NCBI GenBank assembly: GCA_964533495.1
Contig: CAZHJU010000014.1
Span: 2,421-66,420, forward strand
Source: an uncultured Bordetella sp.
Lineage (GTDB): Bacteria; Pseudomonadota; Gammaproteobacteria; Burkholderiales; SG8-41
Direction of reading: 5' to 3'
DNA: 64,000 nt
Shown here: positions 29,580-39,330 of the stretch, one piece after another
How the letters are laid out: the number at the start of each line of letters is the position of its first letter
Position numbering within the stretch: position 1 is the stretch's first letter
Program-made: the position numbers and the translations under genes
Notes under the pieces: generated by a model
What the model saw: the letters and a program-made list of their open reading frames with translations, nothing else
The model's database searches: none
What the model was told of the DNA's origin: nothing

Positions 29580-30470
29580 TCAGCCACGCAGCTCGCGGTT
29601 GAAGAACTCCAGCGTGCGCTGCCACGACAGCTTCGCCGCCGCCTCGTCGTAGCGCGGCGTGGTGTCGTTGTGGAAACCGTGCAGCGTGTTCGGGTAGACA
29701 TGCGCCGTGTAGCGCACCTTGTTCGCCTTCAGCGCCTCCTCGTAAGCCGGCCAGCCCTTGTTGACGTTTTCGTCGTCGCTGGCGAACTGCAGCAGCAGCG
29801 GCGCCCTGATCTTTGCCGCCTCCGCCGCCGGCACCTGGCGGCCGTAGTACGGCACCGCCGCCGCGAGATCCGGCATCCGCGTCGCCAGCAGGTTGCTGAT
29901 GTAACCGCCGAAACAGAAACCGACCACGCCGATCTTTCCGGCCTCCGGCCGCTGCTTCAGGAACTGCGCGCCCTGATACAGATCCTCCTCGCGCTTCTTC
30001 GGATCCTGGGCCGCGAACAGCGCGCGCCCCTTGTCCTCGTCGCCGGGATAACCGCCGACCGGGCTCAGCGCATCCGGCCCGAAGGCGACGAAATTCGCCG
30101 CCGCCAGCCGCCGCACCACGTCCTCGACATAGGGATTGAGGCCGCGGTTCTCGTGGATCACCAGCACCGCCGGCAGCCTGCCCTTCACGTTCGCCGGCGC
30201 GGCGTAATAACCGCGGATGCGGCCGTGCCCCTGCGGCGAATCGTATTCGAGATATTGCGTGCGGATGCGTGGATCGTCCTTCGTCACCTGCTGCGCCCAG
30301 GCGAAGTTCGGCTTCAGGCTCTCCAGCATCGCCGTCGCGGTGAAGGCGCCCACCGCGTACTTCGCCGCGCGGTCGAGGAATTCGCGGCGGTCGATGCGTC
30401 CATGCACATAACCGTCGAACAGCTTCATCACTTCCGGCGGAAAATCACTCGCTTTCCTGCGTTCCATCAT
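29580..30470 (-). CDS. Dienelactone hydrolase family protein (YghX-like)
   Basis: FDGYVHGRIDRREFL, VIHENRGLNP, GFCFGG, HGFHNDTT. Confidence 0.93.
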   Translation of the reverse strand: MMERRKASDFPPEVMKLFDGYVHGRIDRREFLDRAAKYAVGAFTATAMLESLKPNFAWAQQVTKDDPRIRTQYLEYDSPQGHGRIRGYYAAPANVKGRLPAVLVIHENRGLNPYVEDVVRRLAAANFVAFGPDALSPVGGYPGDEDKGRALFAAQDPKKREEDLYQGAQFLKQRPEAGKIGVVGFCFGGYISNLLATRMPDLAAAVPYYGRQVPAAEAAKIRAPLLLQFASDDENVNKGWPAYEEALKANKVRYTAHVYPNTLHGFHNDTTPRYDEAAAKLSWQRTLEFFNRELRG

Positions 30471-30634
30471 CGCGCCTCCCATGCAAAGTCGTTGGACTGC
30501 GGAGCCGGGCGGCCGGCCTGAACCGGGCCGCCCGGCCCCGCAGAATATCAGCGCTTCCGCGTCCACACCATGACCCCGTGACGGTTTGCCGGCCGTGCTG
30601 ACATACAATCGGCCCGGAGGAGGAAAACATCATC

Positions 30635-31312
30635 ATGGACCGCGGCATCTGGGCGATCTGGTACGACATCGCACCCGAAAACAGGGATGCCTACCTGGAC
30701 TGGTTCCATCGCGTCCACATCCCGGAGAAGCTGTCGCGCCCCGGTTACCGCTGGGCCGCGCACTATGCGCTGAGCCACGGCGGCCGCGGCACCGGCTACG
30801 TCGCGCTGTTCGGCGGCGAAACCACGCAGACCTTCCTCAACCCGAGTCCGGGACAGCTCGCGAAAAAGCAGGGAGCGGAAACGAAACGCTTCATCGGCAT
30901 GCGCGTGAATCCGGCTGCGGCCATCCTCGCCGAGGAAGCGCGCGTCGAAGGTCCCGAAGCCCGCAGCCGCGATGCGCGGGGCACGACCGCTCCGGTGATC
31001 CAGATCGGCCACTACGACGCGCCGTCACCGGCGGTCGAGGACGACCTCGGCGGCTGGTACGCGCAGGAACGGTTTCCGCTGCTGAAAACGCTGCCCGGCT
31101 GCGTCTGCGCGCGCAAACTGCTCGCCACGGTCGGCGCGCACAAACACGCGATCCTCCACGAGTTCACGTCGCTCGAAGAACGCGAACACCATTTCGGCCC
31201 GCATGAAGCGCAGCGCGACGACCCGCAGACCTGGATGGGCCGCGTCGTGCCGCAGCTGCGGCACGCGCCTTATTCGCCGGCCATCGGATTGCGCCTGTGG
31301 CCTGCCGCCTGA
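30635..31312 (+). CDS. Hypothetical protein with two EthD/DUF4286-like dimeric alpha-beta barrel repeats
   Basis: WY..VHIPE....PG..WA..Y pattern appears twice; GGAGG RBS. Confidence 0.6.
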   Translation: MDRGIWAIWYDIAPENRDAYLDWFHRVHIPEKLSRPGYRWAAHYALSHGGRGTGYVALFGGETTQTFLNPSPGQLAKKQGAETKRFIGMRVNPAAAILAEEARVEGPEARSRDARGTTAPVIQIGHYDAPSPAVEDDLGGWYAQERFPLLKTLPGCVCARKLLATVGAHKHAILHEFTSLEEREHHFGPHEAQRDDPQTWMGRVVPQLRHAPYSPAIGLRLWPAA

Positions 31313-31329
31313 CTGCCGGCAAAACCAGA

Positions 31330-31371
31330 TAATCTATAAATATTTGTTTTTATTGATATTTTTATAGATTA
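31330..31371. repeat. AT-rich 11-bp inverted repeat overlapping an IHF-like site
   Basis: TAATCTATAAA-N20-TTTATAGATTA; minus-strand AAACAAATATTTA at 31337-31349. Confidence 0.65.
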
Positions 31372-31393
31372 CAGGCGTCTGACTACATTACAA

Positions 31394-32656
31394 TCAGATT
31401 GATGAAGCCGTCCTCAGACGCTTTTTGGTTTCTTGGAATTCAACCGCAACCGACTCTGGCCACGACAGCCACTCCTTCAATACCTCGGCCGTGTGCTGCC
31501 CAAGCACCGGCGGAGACATCAATGGGTTGCTGAAACCCGAAACCTTCCAGGGAGCACCGATCACGCGAATATCGCCGGAAACAGGATGCCGGATGCTCTG
31601 GACAAGCCCCCGGTGCCCGACCTGCGGATCATCGATCGCCTCCAGATAACTGTTCACGAATCCGTAAGGAATGCGATGCTGCTCGAGCACCGGCCCCCAT
31701 TCGGATGCGTCCTTTTTCCGGAACTCCTCGGACACCAGGCGGTTCAGTTCCACCTTGCGCGCGACCCTGCCGGACCCGGTACGATAATCCGGATTGGCAA
31801 ACCATTCCGGTTTGTTCATGGCCCTGCAGAACGGCTCCCACATCGTGTCATTCAGCACCATGATCACCAGATGCCGGCCGTCCCGCGTAAGGTAGGTATC
31901 CGCGGGCACCCGGGCCGCGGTGGCATTGCCGTGTCTTCCCGGATCGATTCCCGCCTGCAGCGCCTCCCCCATGCGGGGCCCCAGAACCGCCATCATCGCG
32001 TCCTGCATGCTCACGTCGATGTACTGCCCTTGCCCGCTCTGCCTGACCGACGCCCACACGCTGGACACAGCGAAGGCGGCAAACATCCCGCTGACGACGT
32101 CGGCCAGCGGCGCGCCGATTTTCAGAGGCCCCTGCCCTTCGTAACCGGTGACGCTCATGACTCCGGAAAGCGCCTGGATGATCGGATCGAGCGCCGGGCG
32201 CGCGCGATAGGGACCGGTCTGCCCGAATCCCGAGATTGAGCAGTAAATGAGCCGGGGATTCAACACGCTCAGGTCACCCCAGCCCACGCCGAGCCGGTCG
32301 GCGACCCCGGGAGCATAGTTCTCGATGACCACGTCCGCGCGCGCTGCCAGATCGCGCGCGACCTGCCGGTCACCGGAATCCTTCATGTTCAGCGCGATGC
32401 TGCGTTTCGAACGGTTGATCGTGTTGAAGTAATCCTCGTCATGGGCGGCGCGCCCCCTGTACTTGATCCACCGCATCTCATCCCCGCGGAGGGGTTCCTC
32501 GATCTTGACGATGTCGGCCCCCATGTCGGCCAGCATCATCGTCGCATAAGGTCCGGATATCACGCGCGTCAGATCCAGCACCCGCATGCCGCTCAGCGGT
32601 TTGGTTGCACGGGCAGAACTGTTGGTTTCAGGTTTTTCCATTCTTGCAATCCGCAT
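31394..32656 (-). CDS. CaiB/BaiF (family III) CoA-transferase
   Basis: PLSGMRVLDLTRVISGPYATMMLADMGADIVKIE, DVVIENY, SISGFGQTGPY, catalytic Asp in APLADVVSG. Start 32656 or 32641. Confidence 0.93.
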   Translation of the reverse strand: MRIARMEKPETNSSARATKPLSGMRVLDLTRVISGPYATMMLADMGADIVKIEEPLRGDEMRWIKYRGRAAHDEDYFNTINRSKRSIALNMKDSGDRQVARDLAARADVVIENYAPGVADRLGVGWGDLSVLNPRLIYCSISGFGQTGPYRARPALDPIIQALSGVMSVTGYEGQGPLKIGAPLADVVSGMFAAFAVSSVWASVRQSGQGQYIDVSMQDAMMAVLGPRMGEALQAGIDPGRHGNATAARVPADTYLTRDGRHLVIMVLNDTMWEPFCRAMNKPEWFANPDYRTGSGRVARKVELNRLVSEEFRKKDASEWGPVLEQHRIPYGFVNSYLEAIDDPQVGHRGLVQSIRHPVSGDIRVIGAPWKVSGFSNPLMSPPVLGQHTAEVLKEWLSWPESVAVEFQETKKRLRTASSI

Positions 32657-35043
32657 TAATCGATGATGCCCCGCGCACGAAGACCGGCAATGTCTTCCGG
32701 CGTTTTCCGCAACCAGGTTCCCAGCACCTCGTCCGTGTGTTCGCCGATATAAGGCGCCCGGCATGTGACCGGAACAGGCTGCCCGTTCAAATGCCAGGGC
32801 AGCCGGTACACCGGCACCTTTTTCAAGGCCGGATGCTCGACGATTTCGAACAGGGCCCGGCCGGTGTAATAGGGATGCGCCGCGATGTCCGGAAGATCGA
32901 GCAGCCTCTCCGCGGGAATTCCCTTTTCCCGGAGCAAGGCCGCCAGCGCGTCGCCGTCAAAGCGCAGGGTTTCCCGCGCCAGCAATCCATCCAGGGTGGC
33001 ATGATTCGCCAGGCGCGCCGCGGATGTCGCATAGTCTTCGCCGGACATCCAGGCCGGTGCCCCCAGGATTTCCGCCAGGGCCCGCCACTGCCGGTCGTCT
33101 GCCGCGGAGATCGCGATCCACCGGTCCTCGCCCTGCACCGGATAGTGGTTGTGGGGCGCATGCGACCGCTGCTGGTTTCCGCAGGTCTGCCGTATCTGCC
33201 GGTTGACGACGCAATCCATGATCTGCTCGCCCATCAGGTTGACCGCCGCCTCCCACTGCGACAGGTCGATATGCACGCCCTTGCCGGTCAGGTTGCGGCG
33301 CCACAGTCCGGCCAGTATCCCGAAGGTCGCGTGGATCCCGGCATTGGGATCGGCATAGGGCGGGGACTGCACCGCAATCACCCGTTCCCCCGGATAACCC
33401 ACCATGCTGTTCAGGCCCGACAGCGCGCCGATCATGACGGCATAGGTGCGGATGCCCCGCAACGGCCCCCGGTGGCCGGCCGCGGACATCGAGCACATGA
33501 CCAGATCCGGATTGACGGTCGACAGCACGTCCCAGCCCAGGCCCAGCTTGTCCATGACGCCCGGGGAAAAATTCTCGATGACCACGTCGCATCCGGCGAT
33601 CAGTTCCTTCATCACGTCGGCCGCCCCGGGCTGCTGAAGGTTGATGCACAGGCTTTTCTTGCCACGGTTGACGTTCTGGAAGACCGGGTTCTGCTCGGGA
33701 TCCTTGGCCGTGCCGAACAGCGGCCGGCCCTGGCGCATGTAGTCCAGCGGTTTCCTGCTTTCGACGCGGATCACTTCCGCGCCCATGTCGGCAAGAATGT
33801 GCCCGGGAATGGCGCCGGCCCATACCCAGCCGAAATCGACCACCCGCAGACCCGTCAGGGGACGCCGGGGATCCACCTTCTCCGAGAAGGGTTTCGCCCG
33901 GACGCCACGGCCGGGAACCGAAGGCGGATGCCCGTCGGGGGCAGGCACCGTCCGGACATGGCCGGCGTCATGCCCGAGCCCCGCAAAAGGATGCGTGGGA
34001 ACCCTCAATACGCCGCCGCCCGCATCCACTTCGGCAAAGTAGCCGCGTTCGCGCAGATGCGGATGCCCGGCCACCTCACGCATGTCGTACACCGGCGCGC
34101 CCGGAATGCGGTGATCGAGGCACAGCCTGGAGATCTCCTCCTTGGTCCGCGCACGGAACCACGGTTCGAGCAGGGTGTTGCATTCGTCGGCCTGCTCCTC
34201 CGTTGCCCTGGCCCGGTTGACGAACAGCGGATGGGTCAGGAAATCCTCGCGCCCGATCATGTTCAGAAACTCGGACCACTGCCGGGTTTCCAGGCACTGC
34301 ACCGCGAAGAAACCGTCCTTGCAGGGGAATATGGCCTTGACGTACGGCTGGCGCGAAACGCGATAACCCGCGCGCGGCTTCTTCTTGCGCCCGAAAAAAT
34401 CGTTGGCGACCTCGCCGCCGTTATAAAAGGACGCCCATACGTCCGCGGCGGAAACGTCCAGCAACGCGCCGCCGCCCGAAAACAGCTGGCCGGCCGCCGC
34501 CACCGCCGCCGACAGGCCCGCCTGGTAAGCGCTCTGGTCTCCCGGCAGCTTGAGCGGCGCCCGTCCGGGCTCGCCGATGCCCAAGGAAATGCCGCCGATC
34601 GCCTGCAGGGAAAGGTCGTCGGCGGGAAGTTCGCGCCATGGATCGGCAAGACCGTACGGCGTCACCGCCGTCACCACCAGCCCGGGATGGTCGGCGGCAA
34701 TCCGTTCGGGACTGAGCCCGTGCCCGGCCCAGCGCTTCTCGCGCGCCGAATGCAGAAGCACGGCGCCCGCCCCGAACAGATCCCGCAGCACCGCGCGCCC
34801 GTCCGCCGTTTCCGGATCGACCGTCCGGGCCTGCTTCCCCGCGTTGAGGCACGCGAACCAGCCGTTCGGGCGCGCCTCTCCGCCGCCGGCGCAGAACGAC
34901 ACATGCCGGCGCAGCGGATCCCCTCCCGGAAATTCGACCTTGATGACCTGCGCCCCCATCTCGGCAAACAGTTTGCCGGCGTAAGCCACGGCCACACCCT
35001 CGCCGAACTCGATGACCGTCACGCCGGAAAACCCGACGCTCAT
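32656..35043 (-). CDS. Fused two-domain CaiB/BaiF CoA-transferase
   Basis: Two family III repeats (FSGVTVIEFG...; LTGLRVVDFGWVWAG...); only the second carries the catalytic Asp (PYADPNAG). Confidence 0.9.
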   Translation of the reverse strand: MSVGFSGVTVIEFGEGVAVAYAGKLFAEMGAQVIKVEFPGGDPLRRHVSFCAGGGEARPNGWFACLNAGKQARTVDPETADGRAVLRDLFGAGAVLLHSAREKRWAGHGLSPERIAADHPGLVVTAVTPYGLADPWRELPADDLSLQAIGGISLGIGEPGRAPLKLPGDQSAYQAGLSAAVAAAGQLFSGGGALLDVSAADVWASFYNGGEVANDFFGRKKKPRAGYRVSRQPYVKAIFPCKDGFFAVQCLETRQWSEFLNMIGREDFLTHPLFVNRARATEEQADECNTLLEPWFRARTKEEISRLCLDHRIPGAPVYDMREVAGHPHLRERGYFAEVDAGGGVLRVPTHPFAGLGHDAGHVRTVPAPDGHPPSVPGRGVRAKPFSEKVDPRRPLTGLRVVDFGWVWAGAIPGHILADMGAEVIRVESRKPLDYMRQGRPLFGTAKDPEQNPVFQNVNRGKKSLCINLQQPGAADVMKELIAGCDVVIENFSPGVMDKLGLGWDVLSTVNPDLVMCSMSAAGHRGPLRGIRTYAVMIGALSGLNSMVGYPGERVIAVQSPPYADPNAGIHATFGILAGLWRRNLTGKGVHIDLSQWEAAVNLMGEQIMDCVVNRQIRQTCGNQQRSHAPHNHYPVQGEDRWIAISAADDRQWRALAEILGAPAWMSGEDYATSAARLANHATLDGLLARETLRFDGDALAALLREKGIPAERLLDLPDIAAHPYYTGRALFEIVEHPALKKVPVYRLPWHLNGQPVPVTCRAPYIGEHTDEVLGTWLRKTPEDIAGLRARGIID

Positions 35044-36263
35044 TTCTGTTCTTTCCGGTACACGCCGAACCCGAGATCGATGCCGGAGCCGTTCTGGCAG
35101 TTCCTGGTTTCGACGTCTTTCGAGGGAAGAATGACCGTGGCGCTGCCATTCGGGGCGGTTACATCGCCCCGCTGATTTTCCGCCCAGATGTCGATGTCCA
35201 CGCAGGCATGCCCCTCTCGCACGTACTTCGCCGACACCCTGCCTTTGCACCACGTGGTGTCGCCCATCGCATTGGGCAGGCGCAGTTCCGTGCGAATCCG
35301 CTTGAGCACCCCGGCATCACCCATCCAGTTCGTCACCGGCACCGAGAGCCAGGTGCAGCGCTGGGCGCCATAGTCGAGCACGCCGGGAATTCCCGCTTTT
35401 TTCGCCATCGACGCGTTGTGATGAATGTTGATCGTGTGCTCCATGCGCCCGCCGGAATCCTGGCTCCGGATGAAATGTCCCGGATGGCGGATGGCGGTCC
35501 TGAGCAGCTGTCCTCCGGAATTTCCGCGGCCGCAGCCGACCAGAAAACCCGTGGTATCCATGTTCGAGAGCGGCCCCCGCGCCACCGGCGGCAACTCGTC
35601 CCCGACGCTGACGTCTTCCCAATAACGGATTTCACTACCGCGAACCGTGTTTTCCTCGTTGAGAATCGTCTCCTCGATCCGCCGGATTTCCTCCTCGCTG
35701 TATTCATGCTGCTCGACAGCGCGGTACTTGCCCTTTTCGCGGGCCGCCTTGCGCTCGTGCCGGGTGCACCAGCCCAGCACCCTGGCAACCAGTTCGTCCT
35801 TCTGATTGAAGAACTCGCCCTGCGAGAACTGGATGACCAGCCTCCCCGAAAAACGGCTTTCCTTGTCTTCGACCGCGACCACGCGCTCGATCGCCGTGAC
35901 CCGGTCCCCGGGGCGCAGGTTCCGGAAAAATTCCCAGTCATTGCCGCCGAAGAATCCGTGAACCCCGGGCAATCCCCAGCGGGTGCGTCCGATCCAGCCA
36001 TAGGCCATCGGGAACATCGGCGGCGCCAGAGCCGACCCGTACTGGCTGTTGCGCCCGTACTCCAGGTCGCGGTACAGGGGATTCACGTCGCCGATACCAT
36101 TGCAGAAATTCCTGATGGTATCGGGCGTCACGTCCTGCAGGTAAGGGCCTTCGGGGCGCAGCCTGACACCGACCATCTTCCGGGTCGCCTCGATCGTTTC
36201 GTCGGTGATCCGCCCGTCACCGGACCCGTCCGGCATACCCGCCTGTTTTTCCTGAGATTCCAT
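35040..36263 (-). CDS. Double hot-dog (MaoC/FAS1-like) dehydratase family protein
   Basis: IRNFCNGIGD.NPLY, APPMF, GVHGFFGG..WEF, then HHNASMA...G.P..YGAQR. Confidence 0.8.
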   Translation of the reverse strand: MESQEKQAGMPDGSGDGRITDETIEATRKMVGVRLRPEGPYLQDVTPDTIRNFCNGIGDVNPLYRDLEYGRNSQYGSALAPPMFPMAYGWIGRTRWGLPGVHGFFGGNDWEFFRNLRPGDRVTAIERVVAVEDKESRFSGRLVIQFSQGEFFNQKDELVARVLGWCTRHERKAAREKGKYRAVEQHEYSEEEIRRIEETILNEENTVRGSEIRYWEDVSVGDELPPVARGPLSNMDTTGFLVGCGRGNSGGQLLRTAIRHPGHFIRSQDSGGRMEHTINIHHNASMAKKAGIPGVLDYGAQRCTWLSVPVTNWMGDAGVLKRIRTELRLPNAMGDTTWCKGRVSAKYVREGHACVDIDIWAENQRGDVTAPNGSATVILPSKDVETRNCQNGSGIDLGFGVYRKEQK

Positions 36264-36376
36264 TTGAGAATCCAACCTCTCCGTCGTTTGTTAGTCGGTA
36301 AAGCAGAACCTGCTCCGGGAATTTCGCGATTCCCGCCCTTGAGCTACCATGTGTCGCCGCCACCAGCATCCCCGTC

Positions 36377-37303
36377 ATGAACCTCCGCCAACTGCGCTAC
36401 ATCTGCGAAATCGCGAAACGATCGCTGAACATGTCGGCGGCGGCCGCCGCCCTGCACACCAACCAGTCCGGACTCAGCAAGCAGATCAAGCTCCTCGAAG
36501 ACGAGCTCAAGACCCAGATCTTCACCCGCTCGCGCAACCGCCTGACGGGCATCACCCCCAGCGGCCAGGCCATCATCGCCCGGGCGCAAATCATCTTGAA
36601 CGAGGTGACGAGCATCAAGGCCGGATGCAGCGACGTCGCCGAAACCGGATCCGGCACAATCATCGTCGCCGTCACGCACACCACGGCGCGCTACATACTT
36701 CCCGCGATCATCAAGGAGTTCTCCACGAACCATCCCGGCATCCAGATATCGATGCGTCACGCAAACCCCGCGCAGATCGTCGACATGGTCCTGTCCGGCG
36801 ACGCCGACCTCGGCATGACCACCAACGTGCCGCCGAAGATGCGCGAGCTGCTTGCGCTGCCCTGTCGCCAATCCGCCAAGATCCTGATCGTTCCGCCAGG
36901 ACACAAACTGCTCAAAAGCCGCAGGATCACGCTCCCGGAAATCGCGAAATACCCGCTGATCGCCTACGAACCCGGCTTTTCGACGCGGCAGGATTCCCTG
37001 TCGGCATTCGAGAAAGCCGGCCTCAATCCGAAAATCGCGCTGAGCGCCATCGACGCGGATGTCATCAAAAGCTGCGTCGAACTCGGCCTCGGCATTGCCG
37101 TCGTGTCGGACGTCACCTTCGATCCGGAAAAAGACGCCGGATTGCGCGCCATCCCGGTCGGCCATCTGTTCGAACCCTCGACCATCAAGATATTCCTGTC
37201 CCGTCAACGCTACCTGCGGCGCTCCATATTCAATTTCATAGAAACCTGCGACGAGCGCTGGACCCGGGATCGGGTCCAGCAAAAAATGGGCGTGCCACTC
37301 TGA
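36377..37303 (+). CDS. LysR-family regulator, CysB/Cbl-like
   Basis: MNLRQLRYICE...LNMSAAAAALHTNQSGLSKQIKLLEDEL, VTHTTARY.LP, IDADVIKSCVELGLGI. Confidence 0.85.
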   Translation: MNLRQLRYICEIAKRSLNMSAAAAALHTNQSGLSKQIKLLEDELKTQIFTRSRNRLTGITPSGQAIIARAQIILNEVTSIKAGCSDVAETGSGTIIVAVTHTTARYILPAIIKEFSTNHPGIQISMRHANPAQIVDMVLSGDADLGMTTNVPPKMRELLALPCRQSAKILIVPPGHKLLKSRRITLPEIAKYPLIAYEPGFSTRQDSLSAFEKAGLNPKIALSAIDADVIKSCVELGLGIAVVSDVTFDPEKDAGLRAIPVGHLFEPSTIKIFLSRQRYLRRSIFNFIETCDERWTRDRVQQKMGVPL

Positions 37304-37310
37304 CCCTCGA

Positions 37311-38054
37311 TCAGCCGCGCCTGGAAAACCCGAGCACCAGGACTTCCGCGCCCTGGATGCCCGCGCGCAATTCCAGCGGCGCCTCGCCGGGAGCGGCATG
37401 CATCACGGACCATCTCGGCAAAGCGCCCTCCGGCTGTTCCAGACTGCCATTGACGACCAGGCAGTACTGCCCGCCCGTTCCAGCAGGGTCCGCGACCTTT
37501 GCCGCCATTTCCGGCCCCATGCGGATCAGCGACGCGCCGACGCCGTCGCCAGCGGCCCCAAGTCCCTCCAGCAATGAATCAACCGCGAGGCTTTCGCGCG
37601 AAGCCAGCACCGGCCCCGTGCTGAGCACGATGTCCGCGTCCGTCGCATGCCGTTTTGCCGAGGGCCGCATCGCATCCCGGTAACCCGGCTTGTTCAGGTA
37701 CACCGCGCCGGGATCCGTGACAGGACGAAACGTGAAATACGAAAAACCGGAGGCGCTGGCGACGATCGGCCCGTAGGCCGTGTGATGATCCGCGTAATGC
37801 ACGGTCAGCGGCCCCACGGTCTGGCGCCCAAGCATGCCGCCTCCTTCGACAAACACCTGGAACTGGTCGACGGCATGAAAATGCGGCAGCAGCGTTTCAC
37901 CGGCGGTCATCTCGATCAGGAAGGCTTCCGGCTGCGCGCTCGCTTCCGCGCGCCGCCCCATGTAATCGCTGCGCCAGTGTTTCTCGCCGTTTCCCGCCGA
38001 AGACACCATGCGCCTCCGGCCGACGGCTTCCCCATAAGATACGGCGGTCACCAT
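37311..38054 (-). CDS. Hypothetical cupin-like protein
   Basis: PHFHAVDQFQVF...G and HY.D.HT.YGP metal-site pattern; RBS before the ATG at 38054. Confidence 0.6.
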   Translation of the reverse strand: MVTAVSYGEAVGRRRMVSSAGNGEKHWRSDYMGRRAEASAQPEAFLIEMTAGETLLPHFHAVDQFQVFVEGGGMLGRQTVGPLTVHYADHHTAYGPIVASASGFSYFTFRPVTDPGAVYLNKPGYRDAMRPSAKRHATDADIVLSTGPVLASRESLAVDSLLEGLGAAGDGVGASLIRMGPEMAAKVADPAGTGGQYCLVVNGSLEQPEGALPRWSVMHAAPGEAPLELRAGIQGAEVLVLGFSRRG

Positions 38055-38076
38055 GAACGACTCTCCCGCATGCGGA

Positions 38077-39084
38077 TCATTGCGGCTGGATGTTGGCCTG
38101 GCGCGCGATCTTGGTCCATTTCGCGATATCGCCGGCGAGAATCTTCTGGAACGCCTCGGGAGTGCCGCCCGCCGGCTCCAGCCCCTCTTTCGTCATGCGG
38201 GCCTTCATCTCGGGCGCCTTCAACAGGGAATCCACCTCCCTGTTCCAGCGGGACACCACCTGCGCCGGCAGGCCCTTCGGCCCCCAGATGCCGTACCAGA
38301 GCACCGCCTCGTAACCCGGAACCGTTTCCGCGATTGCAGGCACGTCCTGGAGCTGGCCTGAACGTTTCGCCGTCGTCACGGCGATGCCCCGCAACCGGTT
38401 GGCCTTCACATGGGGCGTCGTTGCAATGATGCTGCCGAATATCATCTGGATATGCCCGCCGAGCAAATCCGACAGGGCGGGGCCGGTTCCCTTGTACGGC
38501 ACATGCGTCATCCTGACTTTCGCCATGTCGGCAAACAGCTCCGTCGCCAGATGCGCCAGGCCGCCCACGCCGCTGGATCCGTAGTTCAGGACACCGGGTT
38601 TCTGCTTCGCATGGGCAATGAGTTCCCCGACGTTCGATGCCGGAACCCCGGGATGCAGGGCGACAAGGTAGCCGGACAGGCACGTCAGGCTTATTGCCGT
38701 AATGTCCCGCACGGGGTCATAGGGCAGCTTGTACAAGGCTGCATTGGTGGCATAGCTTGCCGCGCCGAAAATCAGCGTGTAACCGTCGGGGGCCGCGCGC
38801 ACTACCGTTTCGATGCCTGTCGAGCCACCTGCGCCGCCACGGTTGTCGACCACGACGGTTGTGCCCAGAGAATCCCCCAGTTGCTGCGAAAACAGGCGCG
38901 CCACGAGATCCGTGCCGCCGCCCGGCGCAAAAGGCACCACCATGCGAACGGGCTTCCTGCCCGGATATTCCTGGGCATGAAGGCCGGCGGAAAAAGAAAA
39001 AGCCGCGACCGCAAAAAATGCAATGCCGGCTCCCGAAACCATCGGGGCAAAGCGGGAAAACCGCCCCTGCATACCAGTCGTCAT
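38077..39084 (-). CDS. Bug/TctC substrate-binding protein
   Basis: VVPFAPGGGTD, VDNRGGAGG, YGSSGVGGLAHL, HVPYKGTGPA. Confidence 0.93.
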   Translation of the reverse strand: MTTGMQGRFSRFAPMVSGAGIAFFAVAAFSFSAGLHAQEYPGRKPVRMVVPFAPGGGTDLVARLFSQQLGDSLGTTVVVDNRGGAGGSTGIETVVRAAPDGYTLIFGAASYATNAALYKLPYDPVRDITAISLTCLSGYLVALHPGVPASNVGELIAHAKQKPGVLNYGSSGVGGLAHLATELFADMAKVRMTHVPYKGTGPALSDLLGGHIQMIFGSIIATTPHVKANRLRGIAVTTAKRSGQLQDVPAIAETVPGYEAVLWYGIWGPKGLPAQVVSRWNREVDSLLKAPEMKARMTKEGLEPAGGTPEAFQKILAGDIAKWTKIARQANIQPQ

Positions 39085-39330
39085 CTAGGGTCACCTCCAT
39101 GGTCAGACTGTTTTTGTTGATGTATGGCTGCCGGTGCGCAGCCAGTGCCCGGATGAATGTAACATCTGAAAGTTTTTACTAGATTGCGTTTATGGAATAG
39201 CCTCGTCCAAACAGGACTAGCCGTTTAAAGAGAAAAAAGTCGCCGCAGGAAAAACCAGAGGAACGCGGAACGAATCCCGGTCCGAAACGCGCGAACATCC
39301 GAAAAACCCCTCCTTCAATCTGAAAATCCC

